Shown: positions 13,064 to 26,429, counted from the first letter of the stretch. The stretch is DNA of 64,000 bases from Amphiscolops sp. MND2022 (GCA_964187785.1 OZ076412.1:37324001-37388000); one strand, 5' to 3'. A program made the numbers and translations. Notes: generated by a model from the letters alone, not told the origin.

Positions 13064-13608
13064 CAGGGGCGGTTTTAAGGGGGAGCTGGGGCTGCGATAG
13101 CATTCCCCTTCAAAAAAAAAAGAACCGAGTTTGCTTACTTTCAAGTTTTAAACTGGTGCTCTCTTTCCGGTCCGCCCTGTTCCACCAATGAAAAGGCTCG
13201 TTAGAAAACGGATTTTATAGTAGCTGAGTTTACAACCAATCAGAATGCATGTTATTAAACCGACCAACCTAACACGTGAGCATTTCGTGCAAATCTCATG
13301 CCTGCTATAAAGCTGTTTCGGTTGAATTAGACTGCTATCACAGCTCAAAATTTTACCCTGGCTAAAAATTTAACATGAGTACTAAATTAATTTGGTAATT
13401 ATTATATCGGTCATTACCCTAACTGTTGATTGGGCTTTTCCTATCAATGTCGAAGGTTTTATTACCTCCTTTTACTACTTTCTTTGCCAAAAAAGCGGGC
13501 CATTGGTTCTCAGCATCAGTCCGAGGCTGAACTAGAAAGTAATTTGTCAGTTGAAAGCCTCGACGAACCGACATTACAGGGCCATAGAGACATTTAACAC
13601 GTTGATAT

Positions 13609-13895
13609 TGTTGTTCCGTGAGTTGTAATCAATCTAAGTTGTTGCGAATTGAAAATTAGAATCAAAATAATTTTTTGAAAAGTGGAAGAGCAAGTTAAAG
13701 TTTCAACTCGGCTGATTTTACTAAAGTGACAGAAAACTGTGGGAAATGAGAACAAAGTATGAACAAATTACGTTAGCAATGACGTGTACAAATTTGCATG
13801 TGAGTGTTAGTTAGCAACACTAGTTTGAGATTTAAATGCTTAGAAATTTTCACCTTTTGATTTCATCTTCTGCTTGATTTAGTTGTGCTTCAAAA
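13609..13895 (-). repeat. BEL/Pao 3' LTR (287 bp)
   Basis: Diverged direct repeat of 21994-22319; purine-rich GGTGGGCGAAA adjacent on the inner side (minus strand). Confidence 0.85.
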
Positions 13896-14075
13896 TTTCG
13901 CCCACCTTGAAGGATCTGTAGATTCTTTAAAGATTTCAGATTTTGCAATGAATCCAGCCGAAACGGTGGACGCGGGTGCGGAGGTTAATGACCACTAGGA
14001 GGTGCCTCCAACAATCCCAGAAGAGAGTCGTGTCGGGGAGGTGTTCGCTGAAGTGGAGCAGCGTGGAGGACTGGC

Positions 14076-15260
14076 GTGGCGACAAAGGGGAATTCTTGCA
14101 CTGTTGGTGGTCTCCATCTTCATCTGGGGGATCAAATTTCCTACTGTCCCCACAGTAATTCGAAGCGCTGTGCAGTCTCTGTGATTTGGCTCCCAGAGCC
14201 AAGTCACTTTGGAAAAAGTGTGTTTGTGCGTTCTCGGACTTTTTGCAGTCAGCAGGAGCCCCTGTTACAAGTCGCAGCAAGGGAAGGTACATCCGAGGTT
14301 TTGAAAACAGCAGAACGTTCTCATTTGTGTTGCCTGACTAGGCCGTCAATTGTCTTGCTCGGACTACATCAAAGTTGGTTCCAAGGCTCTTTTAGCAGCG
14401 AACGGGCCTTGGATGACATGTGGACATATCGAACCTGCTGGGGGAGAGAGTATTGGCAAGCTATCGTCCGACCGCAAGCTGTGGATCATAGCTACCAATA
14501 TTGGCTCTTCCAGATTCCTTATGTCCATTCAAACTTTGATCATTTTTATCAGCCCTTGATGGGTGCAAAATCAAAACGTTCGAAAACGCATAAACAGGAC
14601 AAGAGAAACACTCGTGGTTTGCGGTTTCACTTAGCTGAAGACGGTGACGTGTTAATTCAGCCTGCTTGCTATGCGCACTGTGTTCTAACAGGTCGAGCTT
14701 TTGCTGCCGATGGCTCTACTCGATGGGCACTTGTGCATGGTTAGGAAGGACTGGATTTGCGCGAAACTAGGCGAGCCACTGTTGTTTTTAGCAGTTTCAG
14801 TACGGAATGCGGAAGAGGTAATATCTCACAGTGGTTGAAGAGGTACGAAAAGGATAAGTTGTTGTCGCTTCTGACTATCAGGGACTGGAATCTTGCACTG
14901 GCAGCCTGGCGTAAGTCTCAAGTTCATGTTAGTCAGAATCCAGCAATTTCTCTTTCCCGTACTGAGACGTCCGTTAGAACTTAGCTATCTCGGAGTGATG
15001 TACTGGGACACTTTGAGGCATTCGTTGACTATGGTTTCAATTTGGAAGCTCACCTTCTCGTTCCCGAATTGGAGCCGTCAGCGAAGTCCCAAAGAAAGAA
15101 AAATCGCTCGCTGGCCAACTTTAAACACGGGGATCTAACTTCTTCGGAAGCGCCAGCTCTTCTAGAGTTAACGTCTTATGAAGAATTAGATCTACCTGTT
15201 GCTGCAGTTGTTGAGTGCATGCCTCGTGACGAACTTTCAAAATGTGTTGCTTCCATATGA
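14076..15260 (+). pseudogene. Decayed antisense ORF in the 3' region of the BEL/Pao element
   Basis: ORFs 14076-14744, 14757-14984 and 15042-15260 share one frame and are separated only by single TAG codons (14742, 14982). Confidence 0.55.
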
Positions 15261-16495
15261 ACAGAATAAATGAGTGAATGAGTGATTTGATCTCTCAACC
15301 ATTTGAATGAGTCACGAATACATGCATGAAATTCCAAATGAGTAATATGAACTGAAAATCCGTATTGATGAATTGATAAAGAACCAGTTGAACCGCAAGC
15401 CACGTTTGCTAGAATATGAGGATGGACAGATTTGAAATAACTATAAATTCGAAATTAATGAATACCCAATAGAGATTGTCTGCTATCGATAATTATAATT
15501 GCGAACATCCACATTTCGGTAGGTTGTATGAGTAAAAGATCCAATATCCATTTAATGACGAAAAATTCCATTGGTAGGTGGTAGGTGCCTCTGAGCTTGA
15601 TCTGCCGAAGCCCCGTCGAAACCTACGCAACAGCAACAAAGTTTCTTCTGTTCTCTGAATTTATTCTTCTGTTGACTGATTCCAAATGATATTTTGATAA
15701 CTGGATATAAAATTTTCTTGTAAAATAACTTGAAATTAAAAATTCCCGCTCAAGGAAGTTGTAGCCAATACTCGTAGGCATCGATTGTGACCACATATAC
15801 GGCTGGAAGACTTTTCAATGTTATTCGGGACCGAAAAAACATCGAACGTTTCAGAATTCCAAAGCAGGTGCAACACACATAAAACTGAGATAACTTCAGT
15901 TATAATCAAAAATTCATAATTCGGCTTCTCAGACTTTCTGTAGGGGGCTTTCAGGAAGCTTTTGAGCGTAATACCAGCTTGTGAAAGTACATATTGTTTT
16001 CAGACCGAAAAGACACCCGGTGATTTATGCCGAAGTTTGTTGAAAATACGAACTTTATCTGATTAAGACTGAATTTTTTGAATCGAATGTGTAAGTGACT
16101 GTTAAAATGCGACTTTTAGAACAGCTGGTAAAACTAGGAAATAAGAAAGGACCAGAAAAGACCAAACGCAAACAGCTGAATTGAAATGAAGTGAATAATT
16201 GTCAATTCTAGGGTAAAAATGTTGGGGTGAACCCGAAGTCAAACGGCTATAACTTTAGATATAAGTCGAAATCGAAAATTCGGCTTCCTAGACCCTTTCA
16301 CGGAGATGCCAGGGCGTTATTTAAAGAGGTTCATATATCCGTATATTGTACCAACAAAATTCGAGACCGAAAAAGTTGTCCGAGTAACAGCCCCAATTTT
16401 GCGCTGATGTGCTTGGATTCTTCTGCGTTAGAGTTAATGCATCTCTGACCAAGTCAGGGTATGATGTAGCTTGCGAGGGATCAAAGGGGAACTTT

Positions 16496-19400
16496 CTAAG
16501 CTTGATTATTGCCCGCATCATTGATTGTTTTGACTTTTGCAACACGATTTATCTCATCATTACCAGAGTAAAGATCTACTACACGAGCCATTTTCCAGTG
16601 CAAAGGAGGCTGATTGTCCTCAGCAATCAAAACTAAATCACCTATTGCGAATTCTGGACGGCTTGTGAGCCATCGTTTTCGTATTTGTAGCGTAACCAAG
16701 TAATCTCGATGCCAAGACTTCCAATATGAAGAATTCAATTTCTCCAAGAGCTTCAATCTGACATTGAGATATAAGCTTTCATCACTTTCACTTGCGTTCA
16801 GTGAAGGTAAATCGTTCATACTTTCGTCCCCGTATGAAGTGAGCTGGAATGAGGAGCGGCTGCAAATCATTGGGGTCAGCAGACATTGCAATGAGGGGTC
16901 TAGAAATTGAAATTCCTTAGATTTGAATAACGAAAGTGTTCAATTCATCATGAGTCAAGGTTTGCATACCCACACAACGCCTCAAGTGTCGTTTCAGTAA
17001 TTTGATAGCGGTTTCCCGGAGTCCACCGAAGCGCGGAGTTCTAGGTGGAATAGTAATCCATTCAATTCCACGACTATTGTTGTAATTGATTGAATTTTCA
17101 TTTGTTTCTTTCCTGAAAAGACTTTCAACTTTCGCAATATCATTTCTGGCTCCAATAAAATTGGCACCATTGTCACTGAAGATCTCTCTGGTAATCAATG
17201 CCTTGCAACGAATCGTCTTAAAGCTGCGATGAAAGATTCTTTTGTCAAGTCTAATCTTTGTTGACTAACTCTATCTGAATAGCCTTTGTGGAAAAACAGA
17301 CGAAAACTGTAATCCATGTCTTGTTGTATGGCTTGGTGATAATAGGTCGTGCCAAATCAATACCAACAAAAACGAGAAGTTTGGTAGGCGTAATTCTCTC
17401 GGAAGGTAAGTCGGCCATTAATTGAGCTGGCATTTCACTAGAGAATCGACTGCATTTGATTCCGAATAAATTTGTTAGCAACAGTTTTACCTCGAACTAT
17501 CCAGTATTCTGATCTGCTAGAGTTGAGCGTTAGCTGCCCCCCGCCATGAAGGGTAGCTTCATGAACATGTCGTAAAATCAGTACTGCCAGATGATAATGG
17601 ATGGGAAGAGGACATTTTGATACTCGGCGAGTGAACTTTGTGATAATCTACCACCAACGCGGACTGTGCTAGTATCATACCTCCATATCATATCTCCATC
17701 ATAGAAAGGACATAGGTTTAGAAGCTTGCTTTTTCTGCTTACTTCCTGCCGAGTTTTCAAACGAAAGAAATCTTCTGTGAAGAACTCTTGTTGGTGAAGT
17801 GAAATGATGAGATACTTCGCTTTTGCGAGTCTTGAGGGACTAAGACTCAGATGAGAATTGACCTTTTGAAGTAAGTCAATAGCTAAAAGCACACTTGCTG
17901 CTACACGAAAGACTTTGCTGAGAGTGCTGTAACGTTTAATGTCAAATAGAGGTTCCACGACTTGGGAGGCAATGACTGTAGTAGTGTTGGATTTCTGCTT
18001 TTGTTCTGTTTGAACAAGTGCTTGGTCTTTACACTTGGAACTGAATGAAATGCCGAGGAAGCAATTCCATACGTAACACGAGTCATTCGAAGCTGCTTGA
18101 TGAAGTCTGTGTTTGAATCTCGCCACCAACGACAGTGAAAATATTTTGCAGCTAGATCTAATGCAATTTGTTGGTACATTTTTGCGATTTCTGCCGATAG
18201 AGCAACTTTATGCAACCAAAAAGGAATAAGAATTGAGAACAAATCTTGTTGTACTGTTGCTCCTACCATGAGAGAACCCTTGAGTGAATTGCCATTACTG
18301 GAATTGCAGATCCTTCGAATACCACACGCAACTTTGTGGTAGTTGAATCCTCCTTGTGAACACAATGATGCGGCCAGAAGTTCAATTGATGATCAGGTTT
18401 TGCAATTTCATTGTTTTGCAATAGCCAATTAGGACCGAACCACCAGAGGTCATGCTTGAGTAAGTCTTGGACCATCATTTCTCTTGATGCACAGTCTGCC
18501 GGGTTCAAATTGGACTGGACGTGATTCCACTTTTCTCGAGGAAGAGTTTGCGGAATTTCGAACACTCTATTGGCGACGAAACAGGTCCATGTTCGTGGTA
18601 GCTGCGAAAGCCATTGGAGAACTATCGTGGAATCAGTCCATTCATAGTTGTTCGGCTTGGTAGATTTGTGAGTACAAATATTTCCTTGACCTCAACACGT
18701 AGCTTGATTCCAAGATGGGCAGCACAAAGTTCCAATCGAGGCAAAGAAACTGTTTTGATGGGTGTAACCCGTGTCTTGTTTGCGACGATTTTCGCGATCA
18801 TATGCCCGTCAACATCTGTTATCCGTGCGTAGATAACAGCGACATATGCCATTTCAGAGGCATCTGTAGACAAATGAAGATGAGCCTTCGCGATTTTCCC
18901 TTGAGGTGAAACACATTGCTGTAGCTTGAGTTTTGACAAATTGGGAAAGTCATCTTTTATTTGTTCCCATTCTTCCTGAATTTTTGTAGATACTGGTTGG
19001 TCCCATTCAATACCTTGTACTCAGAGTTTTTGAAGTAGGACCTTGAATCTGATGACAATGGAAGAAAGCCAACCAACTGGATCGAATAGCTTAGCTGTTT
19101 CTGAGAGTAAGCGTCGTTTTGTCACGTTTTGTTGGACTGTCAAGTTTGAAAAGAAACCCGAAGTGATCTGAGGTGGGTTTCCAAGACACACCTAGCGTTT
19201 TTATTTTGTGATCATCCACGAATTTTTCTTGGTTTGTACTTTCTCGTAAACTTTCTGGCAAGGATAATGTGATTTCATGATGACTAGACGCCCATTTCCG
19301 TAGCTCAAACTAATAATTGTTAAGAACTGCGCAAATGTCATCTACTTTCGTTTTGGCATTTTCAACTGATTCAGACCAGATAAATAATCGTCAACGTAGA

Positions 19401-21950
19401 AATGGTTTTTTATTGATTGAGCAAGTGCTTGGTCTTTACACTTGAAATTGATTGAAATGCCGAGGAAGCAATTCCATACGTAACACGAATCATTCGAAAC
19501 TGCTTGACGAAGTCTGTGTTTGAATCTCGCCACCAACGTCTGTGAAAATCTTTGCAGCTAGATCTAATGCAATTTGTTGGTACATTTTTGCGATTTCTGC
19601 CGATAGAGCAACTTTATGCAACCAAAAAGGAATAAGAATTGAGAACAAATCTTGTTGTACTGTTGCTCTTACCATGAGAGAACCCTTGAGTGAATTGCCA
19701 TTACTGGATTTGCAGATCCGTCGAATACCACACGCAACTTTGTGGTAGTTGAATCCTCCTTGTGAACACAATGATGCGGCCAGAAGTTCAATTGATGATC
19801 AGGGTTTGCAATATAATTGTCAAGTACAGGCTCCAGATGATTCAGATCGATGAATTCGTGAATGAAGGAAACTTTTTAAAATTAGGATTTGAATCTAGAC
19901 GTTTTTTAACATTTAGAAAACGACGTTTCGCTCGAGTAAAAGTATCTCCCAATGGAGAACTGTCAGGTTTGAAAAGCATACTAACATGAAATCTGTTATC
20001 TTCGATGTAGTCAGTTTCTTTGAAATGCTTTGCACAAGCAATTTCTTCATCACTGTACCTTTTTAATTCTGGAACTTCCTCAAGCTCCCAAAATTGTTTT
20101 AGATTGAAGGAGTTGGTGATACAAAGTGAAGTGGTGACGACATTTGATTGATGCTCTCTTGTAACACCAGATGCAGTCCAGCCAAATATAGTGTTTCTAA
20201 AATTGTCTTCCTGAAATTTTCCGTCAAGGAAATACAGCTCTGCAACATCAGAGCCCAAAATCGTTTCCACTTATCTGGGTTAATTGAATTAAGGGTCTGC
20301 TAAATCCACTGACCTCAGATGGAAACATTTGGCGATGCTGATTTCGCGTTCAAGTAAAACTTGGAAAAGGTTGGGTAAGACACATGCATTTACGGTAATG
20401 ACACTATGCCCAGAAGTTGGTTTCAATCGTAAGCTAACACTGCCGGAACGATAAGTCTTGGAAACATTTTCAATTCCATTGCTGGTAAGTGTCTGTTTTT
20501 GACGCTTCAAAATCATCCGCTGCACTGCGGACTCTGAGATCAAACTGATCTGTGATACTGTGTCGATCATGGCTCGGCACATGGTGATTTTTGAAGAACT
20601 ATCTTCAACGAGAACCATTGCGGTAGGAACGATGCCAGAGGCAATTCCAACAGTCGCCTTGTTTGTGGTTAGTGAGCCAGAAACAGCTCCTTTTGGTGCA
20701 TCAGGTAAGTGTAACAACGTGTTGTGTTTTGAATGGCATGTTTTGCAGGTGTGTTTCGACTTGCATTCCTCAGTGCTTAGACCAAAACTCCGACAATTAA
20801 AGAATATTTTCAACGTCCAAACGCTGATTTTTTTGGTCCTTGGGACTCGTATCAGTGAATTTCTTGCAAGTATAAACTCTACGGTTTTCCGAACAACAAG
20901 GTCACTTTTCAACACTAGCCTTGTAGTTTAGAGTGTTTTGTGATTTCTTTTGAGAATTACTTTTATGATGTGGACCTTCCGAAGCCTTGTGAGTTGACCT
21001 TGTGGCTGAATTAAGAGCATGAGCTTTTCTGCCAATACATTCTCGTAGTTGCTTCAAGGTTTGTGGATTGGTCCCAGGGTAGTCGTTTTCCGAAAGAGCT
21101 CTAGAATCTTGATCCAAACTTTCTGCAATCATTCGTACCCAAATGAAGTCTTCTACTTTTTCTCCGAGTTCTTGAGCCTTGAGTGCCATCAGATTTTCTT
21201 CAAAGGTGACAAACAGTTTGCGTAACTCAGATGCAGAATCGCTTTTCACCGGCTTCAAGTCCAAGATAACATCTAAAGAATTGTTGAGAGTCAATCTAGG
21301 ATTGTTATAAGGATCAATAAGCGACATCAAAGCAATTGGATATTTCGAATTTTATAACGGTTTTATAACGGCAGGTGAGCAACCAACTGAAGAGCTTCGT
21401 CAGTAAGTGAGGCCTTTAGATAATTAAATTTTTGAATTGCTGGAATGTTGGGATTACTATCGACTGATCCGTTAAATTGCTCATGTAAGGGAATCCACTT
21501 CTTGTATTCGCCATTGAACATAGGCAAATCGAATCGGGGCATCTTGATATGGTTGCTGTGACTATTCGATGTGACGTTTGTTGATTCTTGAAGTGGTGCC
21601 AGTGATGCATCAGTTTCTTCGAATAGTTCCAAAATGCGACTGACTGCTTCAAGAAGGGTACCACTTTTTCGTTTAGCATTTTCTGCATCTTCAAGCTCCT
21701 TTTCCTATTGGCATCTTTTTCTGGTGTAACTTCTACAAATGCGACATTCAGATGAGCAATTTCCTCAACCTTGGTTCCAAGCTTTTTCTTCCAGTAATTC
21801 AGCAAATCAATGTCTTCATCTAACAGATAACTTTTCTCCTTTTCAAAAGAGGTTGCGCTTCGTTGGTAATTTTGGTGATCTCACTAAGCATTGCAGATCT
21901 TGACCGCTTCAATTGGTCAACTGTTTGTCGGCGTACTTTGCGCACATTCT
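16496..21950 (-). pseudogene. pol: BEL/Pao gag-pol polyprotein, many frameshifts and stops
   Basis: PRFDLPMFNG (DUF1759-like), AMIDTVSQIS protease, YVDDYLSG RT, STDASEMAY and LPRLELCAA (Peptidase_A17/RNase H-like), FSDNGANF integrase, GDLVLIAEDNQPPLHWKMARV (DUF5641-like). Confidence 0.9.
18010..18406 (-). repeat. Ectopic ~400-bp duplicate of the BEL RT N-terminal segment (19417-19812)
   Basis: Near-identical DNA; the ORF track gives near-identical peptides MCSQGGFNYHK... and MVARFKHRL... at both places. Confidence 0.9.
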
Positions 21951-21993
21951 GAATAACAATTTTGGTGTTTCCCGGGTTGATACCGTGCCAAAA

Positions 21994-22319
21994 TGTTGTT
22001 CCGTGAGTTGTATATTAGACTCAATCTAATTTGTTGCGAATTGTAAATTAGAATCAATCTAATTTGTTGAATGTTTGAATTAGAATCAATCTAACTTTTT
22101 GAAAAGTGAGAGAGCAAGTTGAAGTTTTAACTCGACTGATTTCACTAAAGTGACAGAAAATTGAGGGAAATTAGGACAAAGTATAAACAAATTACGTTAC
22201 CAATGACGTGTACAAACTTGCATGTGAGTGTTAGTTAGCAAGACTAGTTTGAGATTTAAATGCTTAGAAATTTTCACGTTTTGACTTCATCTTCTGCTTG
22301 ATTTATTTATGCTTCAACA
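21994..22319 (-). repeat. BEL/Pao 5' LTR (326 bp)
   Basis: TGTTG...CAACA; has one more AGAATCAATCTAATTTGTTG subrepeat than the 3' LTR; TGG 3 nt inside (PBS-like). Confidence 0.85.
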
Positions 22320-22324
22320 GATAT

Positions 22325-24820
22325 TGCTACTGCAGTGGATCAAAGTTAACACGAGAAGACAAACACAAGTTTGTTACCAATCATTTTAAACCTTCTGCAG
22401 ATTTCAACTGGCTGTTTGAAGTGAGAAAATCTTATGGACGAGAGAAAAAACATTATTTGAAAGCTGGACGTTTGGAAAAGAACTCGTTGCTTGATTTTCG
22501 CCATCCAAAAAACGACTGCTTTCCAGAACGTGTGTTTTATTTGCCGATATCGACCAGATTAAATCAAAATCAGGAAAAGAAACTAGAATTTACCCAATAA
22601 CCCGAGCTTTGGATAAATACCCTCGTCTTTTTTGGAGTAAACTGGTATATCACAAGACACTCAAAAACATTCTATCATGACATTGCTGTTCAAAAAGCTA
22701 ATGATTTCATGAAATTTTTCAAAAAACCAGATGAAGCAAAAGATTTACAATTGGACAGTCAAGTTAGGGAAGAAGTTGCAAGAAATAGAAGGTATAAAAT
22801 GCGCAGTATATTACGAAAATGGCTCAAAAAGACGTCATCAGCTGCATTGGTGATAACATACTTAACAAAATTACTAAGGACATACAGCAAAAAACCTTGG
22901 CAGTCATAGCTGAGGAAACTATTGATGTTTCGAGATGGGAACAGCTGCTTTTGTGTATCCGTTACTGCTTTGATTGCAGAATACGTGAAGAATTCGTTGG
23001 TTTCTGTTTGTGAGTTTTTTCTGAGCCACTTGCAATTACAATAATTGAACCAGAGCCGCAAATGCAGTAAAAGAGTCGGCTTAGGTCTTTTTCCTTCTGA
23101 CTCGCTCCAATCCCAGTTATACGAATTTAATGAAATTGCACATATTGACCATTCTATGGTGTTAGAAAATGACTGTAGAAACTTTCGTTGAATCGTATCG
23201 ACAGTTTTTGCAAAAATCAAAAAAAGTCGAAAAATGGCTGTTTCTTGGCCATTTTTGGCTATGTTTCTCACATCTCAGAGCTACGAATTTGATGAAATTA
23301 CACACAAAGGACCATGAAATAGTGTAGAAGGACTGTACGAAATTCCGTTTGAATCGTATGAACAGTTTTTGAGAAAATCGAAAAAAGTCGAAAAATGGCT
23401 GTTTTTGGGCTAATTTGGCTATGTTTCTCAGATTCCAGTCAAACGATTGATGCCTTTGAGCACGCACGGGCCCCTTGGGGTGTAGAATGACTGTGCAAAA
23501 TTTTATGAAAATCATATGGACAGTTTTTGAGAAAATTGGTTTTTTCATGAAAAGGTCGGGAGAAAAAAAAACAAAAAACGACACGATTACATAAGTAGTC
23601 GAAATTTTTTTCCGACTCCTAAAAACTACAAGACCTTGGATTAAATATGGAATACATGGTGGGACACGGTTATGATGGGGCGAGCGCATTGTCGGACGTT
23701 CACAGAGGATTCCAGGCACTCGTACAGGGAAGGTAACCGTTGGCCCTATATACAGATTGTTTTTTCGTTCTTCGAAACTCAGTTAAACTACATAAAGTGT
23801 TTGAACAAGCTGCTCAAGCCATCAATTCTGATAAAACGGTTCTATCGGAGTTGTCTGAGACACGTTGGGTCGAGAGACATGATGGTATTCTAACTTTTTG
23901 CCAACTTTTCCAAGCAGTTTTAATAACTTTGTCTCAAATTAGTACCTGAATTAATGACTCAGCGGTATCAGAAGCAACTTGTGTATTAGCAGCTTTATCT
24001 CGTTCTGATTTTGCAGTGGCACTGCAAACATTGAAACATGTTTTGGGAGCGTCGAGGTGGGTCAGTCTAGCACTTCAAGGTCCACAGGAAGAGCTTCAAC
24101 ATGTAGAGCAAGTAAAATTGTTGAAGGAAACACTTCAAAATTGGGGATTGATGGGTCTGGCTCAGGAAGTTTGATAGAGTTTATAAATATTATGTGAAAA
24201 TGATTGGGGAACTACGAATTGATGAATTACCTGGGTCCCGTAGAGCACCTATGTCGCCAACCGGGATAACGGATGTTCGTGATTATTACCGTCAAAAAAT
24301 TATATGGCTTTTTTGAACTTCATTTTAGCTGAACTAGAAAGGCAATTTTCTGCTCATAATGCTATGGCGATGAAAATTTCTGTCTTTTTGCTAAGATGTT
24401 TCCGAGCGAAACAACTGCAGTACTCAGATGTGAAACCCGTGGCTGAGTTTCACAAACAAATCCTTCCTTGTCCCTTGGAATTACTTGAAAGTCAATTTGA
24501 GACCTGGGTTCAACATTGGAAGGATATTCTTCTGGAAAACCTACCGCTTACAAAAACGGCACCGATCGATGAGTTCAACAAGAACTTTTTGCCAGGAGTT
24601 TACTATCTGCTTCAAGTCTTTGCAACTATTCATGTTTCTAATGAGAAAACGAACGCTCGTTTTTAGCTCTTAAACTTTCAAAACTAATCTCCAATCAACA
24701 ATGTCAGAAGAGAAACATAGCAGTTTGGCACTTGCTTATATTCATTCAAATTTAGGTATTGAAGTTGACGATTTCATCAATTGATTTGCGTCAAAAAATA
24801 GAAGGCTCAAATTCGATTAA
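22325..24820 (+). pseudogene. hAT transposase remnant (THAP12/ZMYM1-like); N-terminus at 13447-13608 before the BEL insertion
   Basis: SRTCVLFA zinc-finger remnant, IAEETIDVSRWEQL..CIRY (DUF4371-like), LSETRWVERH, and C-terminal STMSEEKHSSLALAYIH (hAT dimerisation, PF05699-like). Confidence 0.88.
23069..23620. mobile_element. ~550-bp non-autonomous element inserted in the hAT transposase
   Basis: Ends GAGTCGGC...CCGACTCCT; related copy at 50519-50907 and a similar end at 405-418; interrupts transposase homology. Confidence 0.7.
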
Positions 24821-25189
24821 TTATCGCCAAATTTTGCTGTCTTTGAAAATCCGCACGATCGTTGAGAAAATACTAAAACGGCCACTGATGGATGTATATT
24901 TGAAACCCATTTCATGGGAGACAAAATGCAGAATAGCTGGCTATAGCGTGATTTTTGAGTTTCATGAAACAAAATTTCAAAACTAATTAGTCTTTAACTG
25001 GTACCATCAAATTGGAATGAACATGCAATGTTGAAAAGAGACGACAAGAGTTTTTCACAAGGCTGTATACAAGGCAGCAAATACACGATGAGTGTACTAT
25101 ACAGCCATATTCTAATCCGGATTAAACAATGATCAGGTAGTAATATCCCCCTAATTTCACGGGGCATAAAAACAAGGCTCTTTTCTGTT

Positions 25190-26090
25190 ACCCCCCCCCC
25201 CCCACCATCAAATTTTTTCAAAGAAATTCCCTTAAAAACTTTAGACTAGCCTAATTAAAAGTAAAACATTTTTCATAACGGGAAGTTAACGTCTATTGGA
25301 ACAATTTTTAGCTTGAACAAAACATTTTTCACACATTTTGACTTTAATTATGTTCGTATTAAGTGTTTATTGATGACTCAAAACAGGAAGCTGTTGATTT
25401 TTTCATCAAAAAAAGCGTGACTGCATACGGAAGAGTGAACAAAGTTTGTATTTGAATCCTAAACTGTCACCCTGAGAATAAATTTTAAATTGAAGCTTTC
25501 TGGTTGGTATTCAAATCTTTTTAATATAAGAGCCAAACAGAAAAGAGCCAAACAATTCATATTCGCTGCAGGAGAAACTCATATTGTTTCTGTAGATATA
25601 CATGTAAACTTGATGCAAAAATGATTTTTACAAGATTTCTACATTAGTGACCCTTGAGAAAAATGACGTCTATGTCAATACCGCCCTATATCTCGTGGGG
25701 GCTCTTTTCTAGCCCCCCAAACCCCCCCCCCCACCACCAAAATTTTTGACAATAAGTTTCCTTAAAAACCTCAGACTAGCCTAATTAAAAATAAAACCTT
25801 CTTTCACAACAGGAAGTTAACTTCTATTGAAGTAGTTTTCCGCTTGAACAAAACAATTGTTCACACATTTTGACTATAATTATGCTCGTATTAAGTGTTT
25901 ATTGATGACTCAAAACAGGAAGCTGTTGATTTCTTCATCAAAAAAGGCGTAACTACATATTGAAAAAGTGTGAACAAAGTTTGTATCTGAATCCTAAACG
26001 ATCACCCTGAGAATAAATTTAAAATTGAAGCTTTCTGGTTTGGATTCAAGTCTATTTGCTATAAGATTTTCACTAATTCTCCAAAAAAAT
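25190..26090. repeat. Diverged tandem duplication, period ~530 bp
   Basis: CCCCCCCCACCA(T/C)CAAA...AGACTAGCCTAATTAAAA...GATGACTCAAAACAGGAAGCTG occurs from ~25190 and again from ~25720. Confidence 0.8.
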
Positions 26091-26393
26091 TTTGGTGGTG
26101 GGGGGGAACAGAAAAGAACCCTATGGGTTAAGCTGAAGTCATATCAGTTGCAAGTCTTTCGATAAAAACCTTGAGTTCAAGGTCAGGGGGAGAATAGTTA
26201 GCAGAGATGATTTTCCCGTTGTATAAAAATAGCGAAGATTTGGGAAAAGTTTCAATTTTATGAGTCGCGAATGACAGGAACTTTTGAGAGTTTTAATCGG
26301 TTAAAAAATTCCGTAGCTTTTTGGTTTCAAGCCTTGTCACAAATAAAGATAATGCAAGTAGTCGATGGAAATTAGGAGAAATGTAGAACTTAC

Positions 26394-26429
26394 TGTTAAA
26401 ACAGCCAGCAGACCGCAGATGAGGAGCAT
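26394..26429 (-). CDS. GILT: GILT-like gene, exon 1 (signal peptide)
   Basis: ATG, MLLICGLLAVLT, canonical donor GTAAGT, phase 0; joined to exon 2 it gives a signal peptide MLLICGLLAVLTVAA-SG. Confidence 0.65.

Larger units (their letters stand above)
13609..22319 (-). mobile_element. BEL/Pao LTR retrotransposon, degenerate, 8.7 kb
   Basis: LTRs at 13609-13895 and 21994-22319 (TGTTG...CAACA); 5-bp TSD GATAT at 13604-13608 and 22320-22324; gag-PR-RT-RH-IN remnants. Confidence 0.92.
13064..24887 (+). mobile_element. hAT DNA transposon containing nested insertions
   Basis: 8-bp TSD ATGGATGT at 13056-13063 and 24888-24895; imperfect TIRs CAGGGGCGGTTTTA / CAGTGGCCGTTTTA; degenerate hAT transposase inside. 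Confidence 0.9.
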
